From assembly GCF_900182665.1 (NCBI RefSeq), contig NZ_FXTL01000008.1:23664-87663 (forward strand): a DNA stretch of 64,000 nt. The letters run 5' to 3'. The stretch is from Propioniciclava tarda (lineage in GTDB: Bacteria; Actinomycetota; Actinomycetes; Propionibacteriales; Propionibacteriaceae). Shown here piece after piece: positions 41,883-51,425 of the stretch (position 1 is its first letter; each line of letters begins with the position of its first letter). The translations under genes and the position numbers were made by a program. Under the pieces are notes generated by a model. The model searched no databases. It had not been told where the DNA came from and worked only from the letters and a program-made list of their open reading frames with translations.

Positions 41883-43471
41883 AGCGGAATGTTCCCGTGC
41901 TTCTTCGGCGGCAACTGCTGGCGCTTGGTGCGCAGCAGGCGCAGCGTCCGGATCACGGTCTCACGCGTGGCGTGCGGGTAGATGACCTGGTCGATGTAGC
42001 CACGCTCGGCCGCCACGTACGGATTGGCGAGCTCGTCGTTGTATTCGTCGATCAGCTCCTTACGACGGGCCACCGGATCGGACGCCTCGGCCAGTTCCTT
42101 GCGGTACAGGATGTTGACCGCGCCCTCGGCGCCCATGACGGCGATCTGCGCGGTCGGCCAAGCCAGGTTGACGTCGGCGCCCAGGTGCTTGGAGCCCATG
42201 ACGTCGTACGCGCCGCCGTAAGCCTTGCGGGTGATGACGGTCAGCTTCGGCACGGTCGCCTCGGCGTACGCGTAGATGAGCTTCGCGCCGCGGCGGATGA
42301 TGCCGTCGTACTCCTGGTCGGTGCCGGGCAGGAAGCCGGGGACGTCCACGAACGTCAGCACCGGGATGTTGAACGCGTCGCACGTGCGGACGAAGCGCGC
42401 GGCCTTCTCCGAGCTCTTGGCGTCCAGGCAGCCCGCGAAGACCATCGGCTGGTTGGCCACGATGCCGATCGCCCGGCCCTCGACGCGGCCGAAGCCGCAC
42501 ACGATGTTCGGGGCGTACAGCGGCTGCACCTCGAGGAACTCGTCGTCGTCGAGCACGCACTTGATGACCTCGTGCATGTCATAGGGCTGGTTGGGGCTGT
42601 CAGGAATCAGCGTGTCGAGCTTGCGATCGTGATCAGTGATCGTCAGATCGACCTCGGAGTCGTCGTAGATCGGCGGGTCTTCGAGGTTGTTCTGCGGCAG
42701 GTACGTGATCAGCTCGCGGACGTACTCGATGGCGTCCGTCTCGTCGGCGGCCAGGTAGTGGGCGTTGCCCGACTTGGTGTTGTGGGTGCGGGCGCCGCCG
42801 AGTTCCTCGAGGGTGACGGTCTCGCCGGTGACCGTCTTGATGACGTCCGGGCCGGTGATGAACATCTGCGAGGTCTGGTCGACCATCACGACGAAGTCGG
42901 TCAGGGCCGGGCCGTAGACGTGGCCGCCGGCCGCGGCGCCCATGATGAGGGAGATCTGCGGGATCACGCCGGACGCGAGCACGTTGCGGTAAAAGATCTC
43001 GCCGTACAGGCCGAGGGAGACCACGCCCTCTTGGATGCGGGCACCGCCGCCCTCGTTCATGCCGATGATCGGGCAGCCGGTCTTGATCGCGAAGTCGAGG
43101 ATCTTGACGATCTTCTCGCCGTAGACCTGGCCGAGGGCGCCGCCGAACAGGGTGACGTCTTGGGAGAACACGCAGACGGGGCGGCCATGGATGGCCCCGA
43201 CTCCGGTGATGACGCCGTCGGTGTACGGACGCTTCTTCTCCATGCCGAAAGCCGTGCTGCGATGGCGCGAGAACTCGTCGAACTCGGCAAACGTGCCTTC
43301 GTCGAGCAGGGCGAGGACGCGCTCCCTTGCGGTCATCTTGCCCTTGGCGTGCTGCTTCTCAACCGCTTCCGGCGTGCTCGGATTCTCGGCAGCGCGAATC
43401 CGCTCTCCGAGATCGGCGATCTTGCCTTGTGTTGTGTGGATGTCGATCTCCATGGGGGCGACGATAGCCAT
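41879..43471 (-). CDS. accD5: Acyl-CoA carboxylase carboxyltransferase beta subunit (propionyl-CoA carboxylase beta / AccD5-like)
   Basis: 530 aa with carboxyltransferase N- and C-domains ([37 protein letters not shown]). Confidence 0.9.
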   Translation of the reverse strand: MAIVAPMEIDIHTTQGKIADLGERIRAAENPSTPEAVEKQHAKGKMTARERVLALLDEGTFAEFDEFSRHRSTAFGMEKKRPYTDGVITGVGAIHGRPVCVFSQDVTLFGGALGQVYGEKIVKILDFAIKTGCPIIGMNEGGGARIQEGVVSLGLYGEIFYRNVLASGVIPQISLIMGAAAGGHVYGPALTDFVVMVDQTSQMFITGPDVIKTVTGETVTLEELGGARTHNTKSGNAHYLAADETDAIEYVRELITYLPQNNLEDPPIYDDSEVDLTITDHDRKLDTLIPDSPNQPYDMHEVIKCVLDDDEFLEVQPLYAPNIVCGFGRVEGRAIGIVANQPMVFAGCLDAKSSEKAARFVRTCDAFNIPVLTFVDVPGFLPGTDQEYDGIIRRGAKLIYAYAEATVPKLTVITRKAYGGAYDVMGSKHLGADVNLAWPTAQIAVMGAEGAVNILYRKELAEASDPVARRKELIDEYNDELANPYVAAERGYIDQVIYPHATRETVIRTLRLLRTKRQQLPPKKHGNIPL

Positions 43472-43483
43472 ATCCCTAGGGGG

Positions 43484-43523
43484 TTGGACACGGGTGTTCC
43501 GCGTGTTTGGACACCTGGTGTTC
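43484..43523. promoter_or_regulatory. Tandem 17-bp repeat TTGGACAC(N2-3)GGTGTTC x2 (period 23 bp) in the accD5/birA divergent region; candidate operator
   Basis: TTGGACACGGGTGTTCC at 43484-43500 and TTGGACACCTGGTGTTC at 43507-43523. Each unit is an imperfect palindrome (GGACACC / GGTGTTC). Confidence 0.35.
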
Positions 43524-43537
43524 TACGATCGCGCGGT

Positions 43538-44312
43538 GACTCCGTTCCTCGACCGCCAGGCGCTTCTCGACGACCTCGTCGGCACCCGGTGGTCGCCGAT
43601 AGATCTCGTCGCGGCTACGGGTTCCACCAACGCCGATGTGGCCGCTCGGGCCCGCGCCGGGGCTCCGGACGGCCTCGTCGAGATCACGGGCTGGCAGCAG
43701 GCTGGACGCGGTCGCTTCACCCGCGTCTGGGAGACGCCGCCCGACACCTGCGTCGCCATGTCGGCGCTGGTCCGGCCGACCGCTCCGCTGGCGGCCTGGG
43801 GGTGGCTGTCGCTGGTCGTCGGGATGGCCGTGGCTGACGGCCTGCGCGCGGCGTCCGGCCTGGACGCGCGGCTGAAGTGGCCCAACGACGTCCTCATCGG
43901 TGAGCGGAAGATCTGCGGCATCCTGTCAGAGGCCGTCATGACGGACGCCGACCGCGCGGCCGTCCTGGGGATGGGCATCAACGTCGCGCTGGCGGAGGAA
44001 CAACTGCCCGTGCCGACGGCCACCTCCGTCCGCATCGAGGGCTCGGACGCGTCCGCCACCGCGGTCGCCGGCGGCGTCCTGAAGGCCCTCGATCATTGGT
44101 ACCGCCGCTGGGATGCGGGGGAGTCGCTGACCGACGCGTACCTGGCGCGCTGCTCGACGATCGGACGTCGCGTGCGCGTCCAACTCGCCGAGGGCGCGGT
44201 CGAAGGCGAGGCGGTCTCGGTGGAAGCCTCGGGCTCGCTGATCGTGGCGACGGCGTCCGGTCGGCAGGCGTTCTCGGCGGGCGACGTCGTCCACCTGCGT
44301 CCCGGGGACTGA
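43538..44312 (+). CDS. birA: Biotin--[acetyl-CoA-carboxylase] ligase (group I BirA, no DNA-binding domain)
   Basis: GSTNADV..., GWQQAGRGRFTRVWETP biotin-binding motif, KWPNDVLIGERKICGILSE. The GTG start at VTPFLDRQALL aligns with the mycobacterial BirA N-terminus. Confidence 0.85.
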
Positions 44313-44334
44313 CAAGGCACTGAAGCATCGGTCG

Positions 44335-44370
44335 CTTGTCGAAGCCGCGCGAGCAAGGGGCTTCGACAGG
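44335..44370. terminator. Hairpin after birA
   Basis: CTTGTCGAAGCC-gcgcgagcaagg-GGCTTCGACAGG (11/12-bp stem). Confidence 0.4.
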
Positions 44371-44476
44371 CTCAGCCAACGACTGCCCCGTGTCATCCGC
44401 CAACGCATGACCGAGGCGATCAGCCAGCGATTCCCCGGGTGATCCGCCAACGAATGCCCCCAACGAGCAATGCTTC

Positions 44477-45151
44477 CTAGCTTGCGGCAGCGTCCAGAAA
44501 CCCCCAGAGCGCCGCGTTGAAGGCCTCCGGTGCCGAGAGGTGGACCGGATCGGAGGCATCCGGTATGACCGTCAATCTTGCCCCCGGCACACCGGCGGCC
44601 ACGGCGTCCGAGGCGGGGCGCTGGGTGCTGTCGTGAGCGCCGACGATGGCGAGCGTCCGGGCGCGGACGCTGCCCAGGTCGCGCTCGAGGTCGATCCCGG
44701 CGAGCCCGTCGAGGACGCTCAGCACGGAGGTCCGGTTGAGGCCCGTCGCAGCCCATCTCGCGTCGGGCAGCGCCCGGATCATCGCCTTCTGCGCGCCCAT
44801 CGCGAGGCGTCCGTACTTCAGCGCGACCCCCTCGACGACCAGATCGGACACGCAATCCGGTGACCGTTCCGCGGCGGCCAGGGCGACGACCGCACCCAAC
44901 CCCGAGCCCACGAGGGCCATCGACTCGACGCCGTAGGTGTTGAGCAGCCCGAGCAGCTCGTCGGCCGCGGCGTCCACCGAGAACGCGCCGAGCTTGCCGG
45001 GACGCAGGCCCTTGATCCAGGGGGCGACCGCCTTGAACTGGTCCGACGGCATCGCCGTCACCTGGTCCTGCCAGGTCTGCGGGAGTTGTCCGAGCCCATG
45101 GACGAAGACGAGGAGCTTCACGTCCGTCACCGTAGCGGCTTGTGGCAGCAT
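44477..45151 (-). CDS. Alpha/beta-hydrolase fold protein
   Basis: HG oxyanion motif (VFVHGLGQ). Nucleophile elbow GSGLG. Divergent and overlapping start with gtrA. Confidence 0.7.
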   Translation of the reverse strand: MLPQAATVTDVKLLVFVHGLGQLPQTWQDQVTAMPSDQFKAVAPWIKGLRPGKLGAFSVDAAADELLGLLNTYGVESMALVGSGLGAVVALAAAERSPDCVSDLVVEGVALKYGRLAMGAQKAMIRALPDARWAATGLNRTSVLSVLDGLAGIDLERDLGSVRARTLAIVGAHDSTQRPASDAVAAGVPGARLTVIPDASDPVHLSAPEAFNAALWGFLDAAAS

Positions 45152-45599
45152 GGCGGCCGTGACCACGCCCGATCCCCAGACCGCTGCGGCGGCGGGCGAC
45201 CGGCTGTCGCTGCGGACCCAGCTGACGCGCTTCATCCTCACCGGCGTGCTCTCGGCGGCCGTCGACTTCGGGCTCCTGCTCGTCGGCCAGTACGCCTTCG
45301 GCTGGGATCACAACCTGGCAAAAGCCCTCTCGTTCGTCTTCGGCACGTTGACCGCGTACTCGATCAACCGGGTCTGGACGTTCCGCGCGGCCCACTCACA
45401 TGGACGCCTTGCCGCCGTCGCCGCGCTCTATGCACTGACGTTCGCGTTGCAGGTCGGCACGTTCGCGCTGCTCTTCCCGCCGCTGCTCACGGCGTACGGC
45501 CGCGAGGTGGCGAACGCGGTCGGGTTCGTCGTGGCCCAGGGCCTGGCGACCACGGTCAACTTCATCGTCCAGCGGACGGTGATCTTCCGTCACCCCTGA
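45150..45599 (+). CDS. GtrA-family small membrane protein (polyprenyl-sugar flippase-like)
   Basis: 149 aa, 4 TM. Family motif GVLSAAVDFGLL...FVFGTLTAYSINRVWTFR. Confidence 0.7.
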   Translation: MAAVTTPDPQTAAAAGDRLSLRTQLTRFILTGVLSAAVDFGLLLVGQYAFGWDHNLAKALSFVFGTLTAYSINRVWTFRAAHSHGRLAAVAALYALTFALQVGTFALLFPPLLTAYGREVANAVGFVVAQGLATTVNFIVQRTVIFRHP

Positions 45600-45600
45600 C

Positions 45601-45621
45601 CGGACGCCGAGGGCGTCCGAT
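45601..45621. terminator. Bidirectional hairpin between the convergent gtrA and pepE-like genes
   Basis: CGGACGCC-gag-GGCGTCCG perfect 8-bp inverted repeat. Confidence 0.4.
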
Positions 45622-45636
45622 CAGCACCGTGTCGGC

Positions 45637-46347
45637 CTAGAGCAGCTCGACGTCGACGGGCTCGCTGAACACGCCGGACGACGTGGGTGACGACGTCGGA
45701 CGGAAGCGCATGACGCGGGCGCCGGGGGTGTCCGCAATGCCCTTGAGCTTGCCCTCGGAGTAGTGGATGCCAGCGCCGTCGTCGCAGGCGTAGCCCTCCG
45801 GCAGCGTGCCGTCGGCGATGGCCTCGGTGTAGACCGGGACGCGGCCGTCCTCGCCGTCGAAGTGGCAGCAGAAGCTGCTCGGGATGAGCCCGAGGCCGCC
45901 ACGCACCGCGCGGAACGGGCCGAAGCTGTCGGTGACGAAGCCCTCGCACCAGGCGTTGGCGCCGGCGGCGACGCCGCCGAGGACCACATCGCCGGCCTCA
46001 TAGCGCTGCTTGAGGGCCTTGCCGACGCCGTGCGCCTCCCACAGGGCCAGCATGTTGACGGTCAGGCCGTTGCCCACCATGACCAGGTCGGCCTCGGCGA
46101 GGCGCTCGACGGAGCGGGCGGCGTCCTGCCAGAGCGTCAGCACCATGACGCGGACGCCGAGCGTGCCGTAGGCGTTCAAGAACTTGTTGATGTACTGCGG
46201 ATCGTCCGCGGACGCCGTCGGCACGAAGCACACCAAGGGGCTTGACTTGCCGGTCAACTCCACGAGGTAACGATCGAGATTGGTGGGAGCCCCCAGGGGC
46301 GACATCGAGAATCCGCCGCCACCCATGGCCACGATGTGTGCAGTCAT
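45637..46347 (-). CDS. Peptidase S51 (dipeptidase E / cyanophycinase-like) family protein
   Basis: MTAHIVAMGGGGFS N-terminus. Catalytic-Ser context LGGVAAGANAW. The 640-aa ORF in the six-frame track is a shadow extension; the true start is ATG 46347. Confidence 0.7.
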   Translation of the reverse strand: MTAHIVAMGGGGFSMSPLGAPTNLDRYLVELTGKSSPLVCFVPTASADDPQYINKFLNAYGTLGVRVMVLTLWQDAARSVERLAEADLVMVGNGLTVNMLALWEAHGVGKALKQRYEAGDVVLGGVAAGANAWCEGFVTDSFGPFRAVRGGLGLIPSSFCCHFDGEDGRVPVYTEAIADGTLPEGYACDDGAGIHYSEGKLKGIADTPGARVMRFRPTSSPTSSGVFSEPVDVELL

Positions 46348-46449
46348 GCGCTCATCTTGGCACGGAACACAGCCGCTTCGGATGGGCTGTTCCGGCCCGT
46401 GATCCGGCTGTCCGGCAGGCGCCGCGTCGAGGCCCGTTAGGCTGCCCCC

Positions 46450-47661
46450 GTGACCGGGATACGCACCATCGGAGTCGTCGGCGGCGGGCAGCTGGCGCGC
46501 ATGATGGCACCGGCCGCGGCGGCGCTCGGGCTGAACCTCAAGCTGCTGGCCGAGGCCCCCGGTTCGTCGGCGGCGCAGGTGATCGCGGACGTGACCGTGG
46601 GCGATTACGCGGACGCCGGCGTCCTCGGCGCCTTCGCGTCGGGCTGCGACGCCATCACCTTCGATCACGAGCACGTGCCTACCGATCTGCTGCGCGACTT
46701 GAAGGCGTCCGGCGTGCTCGTTCGACCTGGTCCGGACGCCCTCGAGCACGCCCAGGACAAGGCGGTGATGCGGGCGCGGCTCACGGCACTCGGACTGCCG
46801 TGCCCCCGGTGGCGCGTCGTCGACTCGGTTGCTGATCTTGTGGCTTTCGGCCGGGAGACCGGCTGGCCCGTCATCGCCAAGCTGTCGCGCGGCGGCTATG
46901 ACGGTAAGGGCGTCTTCAAGATCGAGTCGGACGCCGACGCGAACGTCCCCTTCGCGGCGCTCGAGGGTCCCCTCGGACCGACGGAGCGGGAGTCGGCGAC
47001 GTCGGCGTCCGGGCCACGCCCGGTGATCCTGGCGGAGGAGTTCATCGACTTCACCCGCGAACTGTCGGTCATCGTGGCCCGCGGGGCCGATGGCCGTTGC
47101 CTGGCCTACCCCGTGACCGAGACCGTCCAGGCCGACGGCATCTGCCGCGAGACCACGACACCCGCACCGGCACTGTCTGCTGAGCGGGCCGACGCGCTCC
47201 AGGCCCTGGGCATCGCGGCGGCGTCCGAACTCGGCGTCGTCGGGCTCCTCGCCGTGGAGCTGATGGAACTGGCGGACGGGTCGGTCGTGGTGAACGAACT
47301 CGCGATGCGTCCGCACAACACGGGGCACTGGGCCATCGACGGTGCGCGGACGTCCCAGTTCGAGAACCATCTGCGCGCGGTGGCCGGGCTTCCGTTGGGT
47401 CCGACCGACGCCACCGCCGCGGTCGCGGTGATGAGCAACATCCTGGGCGGCTCCCGCGACGACCTCGTGGGCGGGCTGGCCGATGTGCTCGCCGCTGACC
47501 CCGCGCTGCGCGTCCAGCTGTACGGCAAGGCGGTCAAGCCCGGCCGCAAGGTGGGCCACGTCACCGCTTTGGGTGACGATCTCGCGACGGTCGCCGGACG
47601 CGCGCGGGCGGCGTCCGAGGCTCTCGAAGGCCGCCGCACCAACCTGGAGGAGGACCGATGA
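46450..47661 (+). CDS. purK: N5-carboxyaminoimidazole ribonucleotide synthase
   Basis: ATP-grasp fold. [14 protein letters not shown]-terminus. ATGA overlap with purE. Confidence 0.9.
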   Translation: MTGIRTIGVVGGGQLARMMAPAAAALGLNLKLLAEAPGSSAAQVIADVTVGDYADAGVLGAFASGCDAITFDHEHVPTDLLRDLKASGVLVRPGPDALEHAQDKAVMRARLTALGLPCPRWRVVDSVADLVAFGRETGWPVIAKLSRGGYDGKGVFKIESDADANVPFAALEGPLGPTERESATSASGPRPVILAEEFIDFTRELSVIVARGADGRCLAYPVTETVQADGICRETTTPAPALSAERADALQALGIAAASELGVVGLLAVELMELADGSVVVNELAMRPHNTGHWAIDGARTSQFENHLRAVAGLPLGPTDATAAVAVMSNILGGSRDDLVGGLADVLAADPALRVQLYGKAVKPGRKVGHVTALGDDLATVAGRARAASEALEGRRTNLEEDR

Positions 47662-48152
47662 AGCAGCAGCCGCTGGTGGGAATCGTGATGGGCTCGGACT
47701 CGGACTGGCCCACGATGGAGGCCGCCGCGCAGGCCCTCGCCGAGTTCGGGGTGGCCTACGAGGCCGACGTCGTGTCGGCGCACCGGATGCCGGAGGACAT
47801 GGTCCGCTACGGACGCGAGGCGCACGGACGCGGCCTGCGCTGCCTCATCGCCGGCGCCGGGGGAGCGGCCCACCTGCCCGGCATGCTCGCCGCGCTGACG
47901 CCGTTGCCGGTGATCGGGGTCCCGGTGCCGCTGAAGCACCTCGACGGGCTGGACTCCCTGCTGTCGATCGTGCAGATGCCGTCCGGCGTGCCGGTGGCGA
48001 CCGTCGCGATCGGAAACGCCCGCAACGCGGGCCTGCTGGCGGTGCGGATCCTGGGGGCGTCCGATGCGGGGCTGCAGCAGGCGATGGTGGACTTCCAGGA
48101 GTCGCTGAGGGCGGCAGCGGTCGCGAAGGGTGAGGTCGTCCGGGGTCGCTGA
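47658..48152 (+). CDS. purE: N5-CAIR mutase
   Basis: [12 protein letters not shown]...[11 protein letters not shown]...PVIGVPV motifs. Confidence 0.95.
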   Translation: MKQQPLVGIVMGSDSDWPTMEAAAQALAEFGVAYEADVVSAHRMPEDMVRYGREAHGRGLRCLIAGAGGAAHLPGMLAALTPLPVIGVPVPLKHLDGLDSLLSIVQMPSGVPVATVAIGNARNAGLLAVRILGASDAGLQQAMVDFQESLRAAAVAKGEVVRGR

Positions 48153-48176
48153 CGCGAGCTTCGGCGGAGCCGGGGG

Positions 48177-49016
48177 CTAGATGCTGCCCGAGCCCAGGAT
48201 CTTGAACAGATCCGAGCCGATGGCGTCCAACAGGGCCTTGCCCTGCTCGAACGTCTTCACCCGGCACATCATGGCGGCCAGGTAGTCGCGCCCCTCGCCC
48301 TGCACCCGCCCCATCGAGTTGACCGCCCACAGGCCGTCGCTGCTCTTGAACTCCACCCAGCCGTTCTTCATCTGGACGGCCACGTCGTCGCTGCGCTTGG
48401 TGCCGACGCCCCAGATCTGGGTGGGATTGGTCTTGCGCATGACGTCGAGTTCGTACAGCCGATCCTCATCAACGAGCGCGGGGGTGCCGTTGATCAGCGC
48501 TGACAGAAGCGTCACCTGGTCGCGCGGGGTGGTCCAGGTCCAGGACCAGTCGGGCCGCTTGGCGTCCCGGTGCGACGACGTCATCTGAAGCTCGTTCGCG
48601 AGGCGCTGGTACGCGTCCGCCCCGCCGGCGTAGGCCCACAGCCGATCGGCGGAGTCGTTGTCGGAGTTGATGAGGGCGTTGCTGACGTCGGTCTGCTGCG
48701 CGAACGCCAGCGGATGTCCCTCCGAGCGCGCCTGACGCAGCGCCATTGCGGAGATCATCACCTTGGCCATCGACGCGCTCTGCGATGCGTAATCGCCCTT
48801 GTGGTTCCAGTCGTTGCCGCTGGTCAGGTCGCGGACGAACACGCCGAGCTTGTCGGTGTTCGCGTCGTAGGTGCGCATGATCGCGGTCAACTGGTCGGCG
48901 ATCGCGCCTGTGGGGGACGCCGTCGGCCGGACCACGGTCGCGGACGGCTTCGCACACCCGGCGAGGACGGCGCAGGCGCCGAGCAACACGGTCCGGCGGG
49001 TCAGCCGCGAACTCAT
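48177..49016 (-). CDS. Class A beta-lactamase-fold serine hydrolase lipoprotein
   Basis: Lipobox LLGACAVLAGC. SxxK (SASMAK). SDN (INSDNDS). A KSSDG region where KTG/KSG would be expected. RBS AGGAG before the ATG at 49016. Confidence 0.6.
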   Translation of the reverse strand: MSSRLTRRTVLLGACAVLAGCAKPSATVVRPTASPTGAIADQLTAIMRTYDANTDKLGVFVRDLTSGNDWNHKGDYASQSASMAKVMISAMALRQARSEGHPLAFAQQTDVSNALINSDNDSADRLWAYAGGADAYQRLANELQMTSSHRDAKRPDWSWTWTTPRDQVTLLSALINGTPALVDEDRLYELDVMRKTNPTQIWGVGTKRSDDVAVQMKNGWVEFKSSDGLWAVNSMGRVQGEGRDYLAAMMCRVKTFEQGKALLDAIGSDLFKILGSGSI

Positions 49017-49153
49017 CCGATCTCCTGTTTCCACCCGTTGATCATCGTGGCCATCTTGTCAGACCCGCCGAAACCGGACGCCCCAAGGCGCGCCCGCAAT
49101 CGGCGCACGAGCCCGGCCAGAGGGGAGCCATCCGGGTCGGATACGCTGCGGCC

Positions 49154-50230
49154 ATGCGCTACGTCGTCATCATGGCCGGGGGCTCGGGCACGCGCCTTTG
49201 GCCCCTGTCACGCAAGGGAACGCCGAAGCAACTGTTGAAGCTGATCAGCGGCCAAAGCCTGCTGCAACTGGCCTACGAGCGCGCCTCGCGCGTCGTCCCG
49301 CCGGAGCGGATCGTGGTCGTGACCGGCGAGGCGTACCTGGACGCCGTGGCCCGCGAACTGCCGGCCCTGCCGGCTGAGAACCTGCTGGGCGAGCCCGAGG
49401 GGCGCGACTCACTGAACGCGTGCGCATGGCCGGCCGCGGTGCTGCTGCGCCGTGATCCGGACGCCGTGATCGCGCAGTTGACGGCCGATCACGTCATCGA
49501 ACCGGTCGACGCGTTCGCGGGGGCGCTCGACCAGGCCTTCACGATTGCCGAGTCTTCGCCCGACGTGCTGGTGACCCTGGGGGTCGTTCCGACGAGCGCG
49601 CACACCGGCTACGGCTACTTGCAGCGGGGCGAGCCGTTGGCGGATCACCCCGGCGCCTGCGCGGTGGCGAACTTCAAGGAGAAGCCGCCCCTGGCCACCG
49701 CGGCGATGTACGTGACGTCCGGCGACTACTGGTGGAACGCCGGCATGTTCGTGTGGCGGGCGTCCACGTTCCTCGAGCAACTGAGGCTGCTGGAGCCGAC
49801 CACGTACGCCGACATCATGACCCTGGCCGACCATCCCGGACGCCTCGCCGAGATCTTCCCCACCCTCACCAAGATCTCCGTGGACTACGCGATTTTGGAG
49901 CCGGTGGCGCACGGGAAGGCGTCCGCGCGAGTGGTGGCCGTTCCGCTGGGGGTCGACTGGCGCGACGTCGGTGGCTTCGCCAGCCTCGGCGAGCTCTTGC
50001 CGAGCGACTCCGACGACAACGCGTCCAATGCCCTGATCCAGACCTTGGACGCCACCAACAACATCGTCTTGGACCACAGCGGCTCGGGCCAGCTCATCGC
50101 GCTGCTCGGCGTCAGCGACCTCGTGATCGTGCAGACCCCGGACGCGATCCTGGTCGCCACTAAAGACCAGGCAGAGAAGGTCAAGGCGCTCGTCGCCAAG
50201 ATCGCCGAATCGGCACCGGACTACGCGTGA
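49154..50230 (+). CDS. manC: Mannose-1-phosphate guanylyltransferase
   Basis: IMAGGSGTRLWPLSR nucleotidyltransferase motif. Full-length GMPP family. Confidence 0.9.
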   Translation: MRYVVIMAGGSGTRLWPLSRKGTPKQLLKLISGQSLLQLAYERASRVVPPERIVVVTGEAYLDAVARELPALPAENLLGEPEGRDSLNACAWPAAVLLRRDPDAVIAQLTADHVIEPVDAFAGALDQAFTIAESSPDVLVTLGVVPTSAHTGYGYLQRGEPLADHPGACAVANFKEKPPLATAAMYVTSGDYWWNAGMFVWRASTFLEQLRLLEPTTYADIMTLADHPGRLAEIFPTLTKISVDYAILEPVAHGKASARVVAVPLGVDWRDVGGFASLGELLPSDSDDNASNALIQTLDATNNIVLDHSGSGQLIALLGVSDLVIVQTPDAILVATKDQAEKVKALVAKIAESAPDYA

Positions 50231-50241
50231 GAGGGGATGCG

Positions 50242-50997
50242 ATGCTCGACAGCCTCAAGAAGGTGCGTGAGCCCGCCGCCTGGGCGGTGATGGTGATCAT
50301 CGTCGGATTCATGGTGCTGAACGCGGCTCGCCTGGTGTTCGTGCTGACGCGCGGCGAGGTGCCGGTCTTCGCGGCCTTCGCCGACATCGCCAACAACTCA
50401 ACGAACCTGACGCTGGTCGCAGCGCTCGTCGCCCTGGTGTGCCTGTGCCTGTTCATCGCGCCGGCCAGCCCGAGGTCGACGACCATCGCGCGCTGGGCGG
50501 CGATCATCGTGACCGTGGGCACCGTGCTCACGATCGTGGCCACCCTCTTGGGCCTGTGGGCGTCCAACGGCGTGCTGGGCGTCATCTTCGAGCTGCTCGG
50601 GGGACTGCTCGACATCACGCTCAAGGCCGGGGCTGCCTTCGCGCTGTGGACGATCTACCGGGCCGTCGAGGCGGGTCGGATGCAGACGCCCGCGGCCGAG
50701 CCCGTCGTCGAGTCGCCACGGGCCATCACAGACGACGCGCCGCCGGTGTGGCGGGCCGCGGAGGCGTCCGGCTCGGTCTGGAAGACGGCGGCGGACGCGG
50801 CGTCCGGAGCGGGTCCCGCTCGTCTCTCGGACGCGCCCGACGTGCCGAAGAGGGCCGTGGAGGCTCCGACTGAGGCGCCGTACACCCCGGCCGGGGCGTG
50901 GGCTGCGAATCCGCGGACGAAGCAGGGCGCCGCGGAGGCCATGGGCTGGCGGCGCATCGGGGGAGGGTCTTCTACGACCTCAGAGCCCGAGGCGTAA
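50242..50997 (+). CDS. Hypothetical membrane protein with Ala/Pro-rich C-terminal tail
   Basis: 4 TM helices followed by a disordered A/P/E-rich region. GC3-rich. Confidence 0.5.
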   Translation: MLDSLKKVREPAAWAVMVIIVGFMVLNAARLVFVLTRGEVPVFAAFADIANNSTNLTLVAALVALVCLCLFIAPASPRSTTIARWAAIIVTVGTVLTIVATLLGLWASNGVLGVIFELLGGLLDITLKAGAAFALWTIYRAVEAGRMQTPAAEPVVESPRAITDDAPPVWRAAEASGSVWKTAADAASGAGPARLSDAPDVPKRAVEAPTEAPYTPAGAWAANPRTKQGAAEAMGWRRIGGGSSTTSEPEA

Positions 50998-51049
50998 GGC
51001 GACACGCCGTAGCGGCCACCTAAGAATTGGCCTTGATGACCTCTGCGGC

Positions 51050-51079
51050 TTGACTATCAGCGAACTACAGGCATGTAAT
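51050..51079 (+). promoter_or_regulatory. Predicted sigma-A-type promoter of whiB (TTGACT - 18 nt - TGTAAT)
   Basis: -35 TTGACT at 51050-51055 and -10 TGTAAT at 51074-51079, about 36 nt upstream of the whiB ATG. AT-rich patch in otherwise GC-rich DNA. Confidence 0.35.
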
Positions 51080-51115
51080 TCCCTCAGCACCCCCGTCACC
51101 AGGAAGAGGAATCGC

Positions 51116-51373
51116 ATGTCAGAGCTGCTGATCGTCGATCCCTCGGACGACGGTGCCCTCGCCTGGCAAGAGGCCGCGCTCTGCGCCCAGACAGACCCCG
51201 AGGCCTTCTTCCCGGAGAAGGGTGGCTCGACCCGCGAGGCGAAGCGCGTGTGCCACAGCTGCGAGGTCCGCTCCGAGTGCCTGGATTACGCCTTGGAGAA
51301 GGACGAACGCTTCGGAATCTGGGGCGGGCTGTCCGAGCGCGAGCGGCGCAAGCTCAAGCGTCGCGTCGTCTAG
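51116..51373 (+). CDS. whiB: WhiB-family (Wbl) Fe-S transcription factor, WhiB2-like
   Basis: Four Cys (CAQ...CHSC...C) plus GIWGG and the basic tail RRKLKRRVV. Confidence 0.9.
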   Translation: MSELLIVDPSDDGALAWQEAALCAQTDPEAFFPEKGGSTREAKRVCHSCEVRSECLDYALEKDERFGIWGGLSERERRKLKRRVV

Positions 51374-51425
51374 GCGCGGGCGCTCGCGTCGGGCTACGGC
51401 GCGCGGGCCCGTACGATAAGGCCCC

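Noticed and set aside
45637-47559. 640-aa minus-strand ORF spanning the purK region
   Set aside because: Only the last 236 aa (peptidase S51) look like real protein. The rest is antisense to purK with low-complexity translation. The start was reassigned to ATG 46347.
48177-49034. Annotating the class A beta-lactamase-like lipoprotein as an antibiotic-resistance gene
   Set aside because: Only SxxK and SDN are clear. The KTG box is atypical (KSSDG). A chromosomal housekeeping serine hydrolase is equally likely, so it is left as beta-lactamase-fold hydrolase.
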